The translations under genes were made by a program, and so were the position numbers. Below are positions 11,801-19,814 of a DNA stretch of 20,000 bases, piece by piece. Under the pieces are notes generated by a model that searched no databases, was not told the DNA's origin, and worked only from the letters and a program-made list of their open reading frames with translations. Every line of letters begins with the position of its first letter. The first letter of the stretch is position 1. This stretch comes from Spizellomyces punctatus DAOM BR117 (Eukaryota): assembly GCA_000182565.2 (NCBI GenBank), contig KQ257466.1, one strand, 5' to 3'.

Positions 11801-14800
11801 CCTTGCACCGTGTAATAGTTTACCTGCTGCACATTTAGTCCGCCAATTTTTAGCCGCAGCGGCTCCGGTAAAGTGGAAGGATACCGGGAGGCCGCGTAAA
11901 CAGCCATATCATAGTATGGTTGATTACTCCGCTTCATTCAAGAATTAGATCGGTTCCGCATTGAAACGGGCTAAGCTTTTAACTCACCTCTCGATGTTTT
12001 CGTCGATTAACAAAAGATGTGGCCAACGCCTCGTCAATGTCAGGCAGGGCCTTCTCAGCAGCGGCTTTCTCTAATACAGAGCACGCCAGATCTAAATTGT
12101 CGGCTACAATAATGTACACGGCTTGCTCCGGCATCGTTTGCTGGTAATATCAGTGACAATGTCAAGCTAGATTCGGTTGGTAACGCAATGCGACGAGCAT
12201 CGTATACCTCTGTGAAGCCGTTCTGCACCAATAGACTGCGGAGATGAGACATCATGCTCACCCGTAAGGGTTCACGAGATGATACTGCAGCCAAGCTCCC
12301 TGGACATCATAATTAGAGCTAGCACCCAACTCTCTCACTGGTTGTACGTACCCGCGAGGTTAGACACCATGAGATGTGCAGCCTTGCGCATTTTATTCTC
12401 ATCCGGCTCTAAAGCAAAATCTTTGATAACGATTTCTCGCGTAGCGATTCCTGCGATAGTGACGCTTCGCTCGACAACAGGGGATATTATCTACAAGAAG
12501 CCTAACTCAGCGACACAATTTTACGGCTCCGAATACACACAAAATTGAACCTCTCTTATAGCGCGATCAATAGCGATGTGCACTATTCTCTTTAAGGATG
12601 GCTGCGCAGTAAAAATTGGCAAGTTGGGGTTAAAAGTGATGAAAGCTGCGAGATTCGGGATGCCAACCCCGTTTTCATCGGCTGGAGACAACAATGAGAT
12701 GGCGTATAGAATGCCAGTTGACAATAAGATGGATCTCACCAGCGGTTGTATTTGTTGCCAATGGTGTGTGATTGGAGAGTGAGAGCAGTGGTTGGTCAGA
12801 CCCCAAACCTGCTCCCAATCCGCTAGTGAAAGTGGCAGAGTTCGGATCTACAGGGAAAGCTCCTCCCAGTGTTCCGTTACCCACAGCCCCGGTAGTTGAA
12901 AGGGTTGAAGTCAGAGGTTTGCCAATATTCTTAAAAGCGTCGGTGGTAATGGTGGACTCTCTCTGGGGTCTATTGCGCAGGAGACTCGTTGGCTGAATAT
13001 CTGGACATTCCGAAGGTCAACCACGCCGGCAATCTGTGATATATATACAACAATTCAAACCTTTGACATCGAGTTTGATGTTTTTGCAAAGGACTTCGAT
13101 CTCAAATTTCAAATTCAACTTCAGGTCGGCAAAATGATATAATTCAGCTAGCAGTTTCATGACGGCCATGAGCCACGGGTTGGGAGGTTTGAAAACTTTG
13201 CTAGCGTTGCACTGCTCGAGGACCTTGCATACAAAAGGTATAACCACTATCAAGCGTCCGCTGTCGTACCCCTCAAGTAGTAGATCCTAAAATCACCAGT
13301 CAGTTTCGTGTGCAAGGGAGGAGGCGGCGCTCAAATATATCTTACTACCTTCACCGCCAAGTTTTTGTGCTTAATTGGCCTGTTTTTGCCAAGAGTGATA
13401 CCTCCAAGCCATGTTCCAAGGTTTTTTAACAAGGAGCGTTCTTGAGAAGATGTAACAGTTTTCTCCGAGTTCAGCAAAATGCGTATATTCGCAAATGTCT
13501 CGTGAAGAATGTGGCGATAGAGACTCATGCTATCCAGTGCGTCCAAGAAGGCGATGTACAATGAGTGGAAATTTGGTTCAATGCTCGCCCGCTTGACGAC
13601 AATGTAGTGGCTAAACCAGCGAAAATGGTGCTCCTTAAGAATATCTTTAATTTCAGTAACCTTTGCGTCAAGGTTCGCGAATGACACGTTATTGATTATG
13701 AAAAGAATCTTGTCCTGAGTGCCTTCGGTGGGAACTTCGAACTGATCGCGATTAGCGGCATCGAGGAGAGTATCCAGTCTTAACGCTGTGAAGACGGGTG
13801 CTTCAACTGCGCTCGCGCCTTCACTGCGGTCTAAAATATTATTCGAAGTCAGGGCTAGATTTGCCTCCGCTGTCAGATGCTCGCTTTGCTGATCGACTCC
13901 ACTGGTGTTTACTTGTCGTTGAAGAGTTTTGATATATTGTACCATTTCCGGGTGCGCCTGATACAGATGGCCAATCTGTAGCAATAACGAGCCGTATTGC
14001 GGCCACTCTCCAAGCCGCGCTTGAAACTGGTTCAGTGCTTGAATACCAAACTTGAACAATCGAGATCCAACCGGTTGGCGAAGTGCATCCAAGACGTATC
14101 GAAGAGCCATGCCCAACGCCCTGGACGTAACTATCTGATTCTGAATCAGGGCGCCAAAGAGCAGACTCGTAATGGCAAGCTCCTTCTCAGGATATCGCGG
14201 AAAAAATTTGTACTCGTCGAAAAGATTGTGCACCATGCATTTGTAGATATCCTGCTCTCGCGGGGTCGCAGACGTCTTGAATCGTTGGAGGAGGTCGACG
14301 ACTTGATTGATGGTGAGGTCGCCCTTGTAAATCTTCTCGTAGTATGAATTCGCCTCCTCTTCAACATCATCTGTGAATGTGTTCCCGTCAGCCAATGCAC
14401 CATCCCCTACGGAGGCGACATTGACTAATCGAGGGTAGGTTTGAAGACAGGTGCCGGTCACTTCCTTTAAGAAATCGGAACTTGCTGGGGTCATTGTACT
14501 GCAGACATCCAAAAATTAGTATGAGCTCTTTTTGCAACAATTGATAATCAGGGCCATCTGCTGACCTGCTATGTGCATGCAAGACTCGCAGGAAAGTCGC
14601 CACAACGTCAACCGATAATGGAACAGACCGCTTAGGGTTTGATGCATCCATACGGGCACTTTGCGACGTAACTTTGTCATTCAAAAATTCCAAACACGCA
14701 GTCACAAACACTTCTCCCTCATCTCGAATGTGATCCTGCAGCCATTTCTCCAAGTTAAGATAATCCCTCCGAGATGCGAGCGCGGCAAGATCAATGGCAA

Positions 14801-16834
14801 AAGAAAATGGCTTGATTTCCAGAATCTGAGACAACGCCTGGGAAAAGTAAACCTTTATTACCAGTATCGCAATAAGCACATCCGCACAAGAAACTGCTTA
14901 CTCTCATTTCCTGTGCGACGTCCAAAATTCGGGACAGGGATGATGGATCCTTGGCATACAAATGTAACAAGCCTGATGTTGACAAGCTTTGGTTTACTTG
15001 CCATAGCCGCGGGAGAACAAAGCCAGAGTTTGGGTGTCCCGTGAGAAACAACATTACGAGTCCCGGGGTCATTTCCTTCATGATAGCATTCCAGGGGAAC
15101 TGAAGAAGAAAAAATGGGTATAACGGCATCAGATGATCCGCCTATTAAGGTATCACACTTACTGCCACTTGGGCAAAGCCCAGCAAAAGAAGCTCTGGTG
15201 ATTGCTGGACGCCTTGTTCAAACAAAACTTTCACATCTTCATACAAGGGTCCCTCTGACAACAGGATCAACGTTTCAATCAGCTCAACCGAATTGAATGC
15301 TTGGGTGGCTAAGGATGGTATAGCTGCTCGTGCAGAGTTCGATGCATCCAAGGGCACAACGCGCTTGAGAGTGGTTTGATTAAGACTGAAGAGCTCGGGT
15401 GTTGAGTGAATGGCCTGCCTTAAAAAGGATAGCTGTCCCTTATCATTGTTCCACCGGCAGAAAAATGCCTTCACGGGAAACTGATAGATGTCCTACGTGA
15501 TACCATCATTCAGAATGCTGTTAAAGAAACGCAAGCCCTTCCCGACCAACCTTGAGATAAACTTTGGAAGCATTTAACAGAACAGCGAGCCCTTGGGAAT
15601 CGGCGATATTGAAGTCCTTATGATCACACGCACGCATGACGACGTACCAATCCAACTTCGGGTTCTAGCGCATCGGTTAGCCCTGCGTCCGGTCATTTCC
15701 CAAAATGGAACTTACCAGATCCGCCACGACCGAAGCAAAAACTTCCACATCCCATGACGACATATGTTGAACTGCTACATCAGCACCTTCAAAGATTGAT
15801 GCCGCCAGACCTTGCGCAGCCGCGCTTTGTTCCAAATTTGAATGTGTTCTGACCATCATTATTAACACTCGTGCGACCTCCTCTTCGTTTAAGCTTGCAG
15901 ATGAGGAAAACACATGATCCATGACACGCCTAAGGATTATAGAAGAGCTTGTGGCCCCATAACCAAGTTCCTCCATCAGCTCTGCCAACGATATCCCGGC
16001 ACTGACTTGATGAGCGAGAGATTCCTCCGTAGGATCCATGCTGAAATAAGGGATCCGCTAAGATACATGCCCGCAATCGCTCACCGCTGCCTTACTTACC
16101 TTGGGTCTGGTAATGGAAGGCGGTTGTCTGACTTGAAACTGCTCGATGCGACCGACAGGTCCAAGCTGCTCGCGATATTCTCAATGTGCCCAAGACGATG
16201 AAGGATTGTCAAACTGCGGAGCACTAATTGTCGATCGATTCCGTCCACGCCTTGTCGTTTCAGATGATCAACGGCTCCTACGGCAAGGTCAGGAATGGAC
16301 GATGTCACAGGCGACGCTGCTATGGCGGGCCAAGAAAAAAAAGGTTTTCAGACTCAGTTAGTAGCATGCTCTGAGAACATATGAGCAAAAGAATAAGCCT
16401 ACAATCGACAGCTTCGCGCTCGTCCGCAATAAGCAGAGTGGCCGCAACTACAAATCGCTGAACTACACTGAGATCAGAGGTCTCAAGGAGAGTTCGCCAA
16501 GTAGTTGGAGCAGAGGACGATTTAACGTTGATGGGCTTCCAACAATACGGATCACTGGACGACGTATTCAGGAGAGGGAACCCTACCGAAACGAAACTCA
16601 ACGAGCCCGCTTGCGATCGCAAAAACTAGGAGGCGGGCGATAAATGCAACAGCGAAATGGTACACGGACAGCTACTACTACCTGGTGCAGCTCAGTGAAC
16701 GTCAGCGCCCCTGGGAACAAGAGAGCCTGCGAGCAAAGAAATGCAAGCTGGCTGAGGACGACGTTCCTGGACGAAGTCGTGGGATAATCCAACAACACTA
16801 GGAAAAGAGAAACCAGTGGATAATCTGGATGCAT
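8807..16834 (-). CDS. NOT1: CCR4-NOT complex scaffold subunit 1; about 27 exons, roughly 2,100-2,200 aa
   Basis: Hallmark segments include [135 protein letters not shown] and [21 protein letters not shown]. The stop TAG is at 8809-8807. The likely ATG is at 16834 ([20 protein letters not shown], resembling the NOT1 N-terminal helix). The 5' exons are less certain. Confidence 0.95.
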
Positions 16835-16985
16835 TGGGCAAGAAGCCCTCACGTTGCGGCTTGCAAGAGACCGACAGATGGAGGGCAATGAACGCCCACG
16901 AAGCAACAAGTGTAACCGCAGAGAGGAGAGCGTTTAGCCAGCTGTAATCGCAATCCTATGAGCAAAGCTTCCCCATTTATCGTAA

Positions 16986-17058
16986 CTGTGCCAACTTTTG
17001 CAATCACTTCGAATCGGCGCGAATCGCCTCGAATCAGAACGATGATATGGCTGTGCCA
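16986..17058. promoter_or_regulatory. Phased short repeats upstream of NOT1
   Basis: AATC recurs at exactly 10-bp spacing (17002, 17012, 17022, 17032; three copies as CGAATC). The array is flanked by direct CTGTGCCA repeats at 16986 and 17051. Confidence 0.35.
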
Positions 17059-17117
17059 CTCTTGCAATGATTCCACATGATCAGATGCCGATTAGTGTAC
17101 AGCAAAAGCAGATTAGT

Positions 17118-17219
17118 GTGCGATATCACGTGTATCACGTGGTAGTCTAGCATTCAGTAATGCTGGGTAAAATGTGTACTGTACAATGGGATGCTGACAT
17201 GACACATGTGATATCACAC
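17118..17219. repeat. 23-bp imperfect inverted repeat (possible MITE relic) spanning the CpG-depletion boundary
   Basis: 17118-17140 GTGCGATATCACGTGTATCACGT versus the reverse complement of 17197-17219, GTGTGATATCACATGTGTCATGT: 19/23 identical. Confidence 0.65.
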
Positions 17220-17225
17220 TGCCCA

Positions 17226-17354
17226 TACAGTATGTGGGTGTTTATGATGATCCCATGTGACTGCACATGAACCAAATCAATTCCATTCAATAGCAGTCCA
17301 CCAACCAGTTCACATGCAGTCACATGTGATTGTCATAAATGCCCACATACTGTA
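17226..17354. mobile_element. Tc1/mariner-type MITE (~125 bp) with TA target duplication and ~45-bp TIRs
   Basis: TA|CAGTATGTGGG...CCCACATACTG|TA. Arms 17226-17272 and 17308-17354 match at 40/47 positions. CAGT termini with TA flanks are typical of Tc1/mariner/pogo elements. Confidence 0.75.
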
Positions 17355-17590
17355 CTGTATTGGCAAAAACAAATGTCAGTGCCTCACACACCAGGGAATT
17401 AACTGGTGACAACCAGTTCAGAAAAGCTAACTAGCTAACTCCTTACAAGTAAATAACTACTACTAGGCCCAATTACACATGCAATAATGTCATGGTAGGT
17501 CAATCAGGTAACTGAGCCCACCACCACAAGAGAAATCTGTAGTGATATTAGATGCCTAGGGATGTCATGGACTAGTTGATGCGAGCATGT

Positions 17591-18081
17591 TGTAACAGGC
17601 TAGCAGGGACATGAAGACAACAGAAAACTAGGGAAGACTTGGTTACTACTTGTTATTTTTCTTTGAGGGGCCTCAGAGAGGTCCTCTTTTTATAGACAAA
17701 AGGGGCTGACAAATGCTATATCCTAACTACCCAATCAGATCTCACCCACATCATCCTAAACTATTTGTCAGCCTATTGCACCATTTGCACCCAATCAGAA
17801 CTCATGCATGTCATCCTAAACTATTTGTCAGCCTATTGCACCATTTATAGCCAATCACAAGTAAGACAAGTTATCCTAAATACATTGTGCCACTTGATTG
17901 AAAGGAGCAGATGCCAGTGTGTCAGAATACTCATCTAATTTAGCCAGAAATGGCTAAATCTGCTTATTTATCTAATTCTGGTCAAATGAATGCTGACACC
18001 ATCAGCAAAGTCATGTGACCACTAGTTTGGAACCACACCTAACCAGTATAACTATAGCACTGACAGAAGAATTCTGTCACA
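17591..18081 (-). mobile_element. Old, CpG-free LTR (491 bp), no matching target duplication
   Basis: Termini are TGTAACAG...CTGTCACA (TG..CA, 7/8 inverted match). On the minus strand TATAAAAAGAGG lies at 17694-17683, preceded by repeated CCAAT boxes. The right end truncates an integrase reading frame exactly. Confidence 0.65.
17731..17880. repeat. ~2.5 copies of a 60-bp tandem repeat (U3 enhancer-like), each starting with CCAATCA
   Basis: CCAATCA occurs at 17731, 17791 and 17851. TCATCCTAAACTATTTGTCAGCCTATTGCACCATTT is identical at 17751 and 17811. Confidence 0.9.
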
Positions 18082-18294
18082 CTTAAGAAGGCTCACATGG
18101 AACACTGGGTGGATCTTCATGGTGCTGGGGAGCTCAAGGGTGTAGTTCTGAAATTCATCCTTGGCCTTGATTCTGTAAGGTCCAAGCCAGGGGTGAAAAA
18201 ATTTCTGAGCTGGTCTCTGGGCTTCTTCTCCTGGGGTGATGCCTTCTCTAGATAGCCAAACTTTGGAGCCTAGGGGGTAGCTTGGGGCCTTGCT
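18082..18294 (-). pseudogene. Ty3/Gypsy (chromovirus/Tf2-like) integrase C-terminal GPY/F (SH3-like) fragment
   Basis: My translation (not in the ORF track) is SKAPSYPLGSKVWLSREGITPGEEAQRPAQKFFHPWLGPYRIKAKDEFQNYTLELPSTMKIHPVFHVSLLK. It shows the typical KVWL..GPY.I..Y.LELP...IHPVFHVSLLK pattern. Confidence 0.92.
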
Positions 18295-18467
18295 GAGAGA
18301 TTAAGGATCTGGGCTGCCTTGGGGGTGGTGGCTATGGGGTGGAGGATGCTATCCACATAGCAGGTCTTCTTGCAGCTAGAGCATGCTAGCCTCAGGTGGC
18401 CATGTGCATGTCCATCTTTCTTCAGGCATCCAATAGCTTTGCACTTGGGGCAAGCTGCAGTCACCAC
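18295..18467 (-). pseudogene. Zn-ribbon (CxxC...CxxC) fragment from an unidentified mobile element
   Basis: ACPKCKAIGCLKKDGHAHGHLRLACSSCKKT. It is in a different frame from the adjacent integrase fragment and on the opposite strand to the adjacent gag. Confidence 0.5.
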
Positions 18468-19662
18468 CTACTTGGAACTCCATGCTGAAGTCTGGTGGCA
18501 AAGCCATGTCAAGAACCACCCAGTAGGATCCCCTCTCAGAATCCAGTCTTGGGACCAGTTCAAGAGAGCCCTTCAAGAGAACTTCCTCCCAGCAAATGCC
18601 ACCAGAGCAGCAAGAGACCAGTTGGCCAGGCTCAAACAACAAGGTGTAGCGAACGACTCTGATAAACCGGTTCGCTCAAAGGCATCAGGTGACCACAATT
18701 GAGGTTTCCGCAATTGTAACCTAAGCTTCGAAACCCCTAAGATCAAGCTCGGTTCTGGGCTACACCAGCACAGTGTGAAGGATACGTTACGCAGCCATGA
18801 TCGATCATGGCGATGGTCCGAGATGGGAAGATCGGACGCCGCCACCCTAATGAAGGCTACGGAAACTAGTGTAGACGTTACCGTAGCATATTCTTGTATA
18901 AAAAGAGGAATTCAATAAAATAAGTCGGCGGCCAGAAGCCGTAGCGACAAAAAATCCCCACAACTAGCTTCTCAACCCCAATCCTAGGTTAACAGGAACC
19001 TAACAGAGCGCTTCAATGGCCTGATCACCCGCACTGAAGCCTCTAAATCCTGCTCGGTTCACAACTAACCGACTCTCCTTGCCTCTCGCCCTCAAGTCGC
19101 TACCGACGCCCAAAGAAAGGATTTGGAGACTATGATTCCTAGTACGGACACCCACACAACCTGCTAGGAGACCCAAGTTGTCTTTACCGTAGTCTACCAA
19201 CAAAAAATCCGTTACAAAGGCTCAGTAAAGGAGTACCTAAACCAGTTCAATACTTTATGCCTTCAGGTGGATGACTTGTCAGAAGCTGAAAAGTTAGACA
19301 AGTTTATCAGAGGGCTTAAACCCAGGGTTCAGGAACAACTGGAGCTCAACCTCACCAGTTGTTGAGATTCAGGCTTAAACCACGCTGTATGATCTATAAA
19401 TCATGTGAGATCATGCTGGGATGTCAAAAGAAGCCAGGCCACCAGCTACTACTCCCCCAAGGCTGAGAACTCTGGAGTAGTCCCTATGGAGATAGATAGT
19501 ATATCCACCAACTCTGGGAAGCCTCTCTCCAAACTCACTGAGGCTGAGAAGACTGAGCTCAGAAAGAAGGGAGCCTGTTTCAGGTGCAGAAAACCAGGCC
19601 ATATTGCCCCCCTATGCCCCTTGAAGACCAAGCAGCAGGGAGATGGCAAGCAGACTCAGTAG
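18454..19662 (+). pseudogene. gag: Ty3/Gypsy gag (capsid plus CCHC zinc knuckle), 5'-truncated, split by a solo LTR, with two in-frame TGA
   Basis: Removing 18645-19220 gives TYLELHAEVWWQ..IQSWDQFKRALQENFLP..AARDQLARLKQQGSVKEYLNQFNTLCLQVDDLSEAEKLDKFIRGLKPRVQEQL (Retrotrans_gag pattern). The same frame continues to PMEID..LSKLTEAEKTELRKKGACFRCRKPGHIAPLCP..QGDGKQTQ*. In-frame stops are at 19363 and 19390. Confidence 0.92.
18645..19216 (+). mobile_element. Young solo LTR (572 bp) nested in gag, 4-bp TSD AAGG
   Basis: AAGG|TGTAGCG...CGTTACA|AAGG, with the TSD at 18641-18644 and 19217-19220. TATAAAAAGAGG is at 18897 and AATAAA at 18914. Excision restores the gag frame LKQQG-SVKEY. Confidence 0.9.
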
Positions 19663-19814
19663 AAGATAGAGGTTCTGCCTCTACTGGGGAAGATATCAAG
19701 AACCACCACCCTGACACCCACCACCTGGTACACTCTCCTGTTATTCAACCCTTGGACCTATTGGACCCACCTGAAACCACCCCTGAGATTTTAACTATCC
19801 ATGGACTTTACCTG

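Noticed and set aside
10575-16361. Plus-strand ORFs up to 143 aa, and alternate-frame minus-strand ORFs
   Set aside because: Antisense or off-frame shadows of NOT1 exons and introns.
16849-17076. 75-aa minus-strand ORF as a possible first NOT1 exon
   Set aside because: It starts at GTG with an upstream in-frame stop, has no NOT1 similarity and overlaps promoter-like repeats.
17401-17434. Hairpin AACTGGT-GACA-ACCAGTT followed by CTAG as a Helitron 3' end (similar case at 17991-18026)
   Set aside because: The first CTAG is followed by C rather than T, the second lies inside an LTR, and no 5' TC end or Rep/helicase remnant could be identified.
17731-17880. 36-bp identical repeats with ~24-bp spacers resembling a CRISPR array
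   Set aside because: The spacers are similar to each other (CCAATCAG..), there are only 2.5 units, the context is a eukaryotic LTR, and no cas genes are present.
19363-19392. In-frame TGA codons as selenocysteine or readthrough
   Set aside because: They lie in a truncated, LTR-disrupted gag. CGA>TGA decay or a foreign filler explains them more simply.
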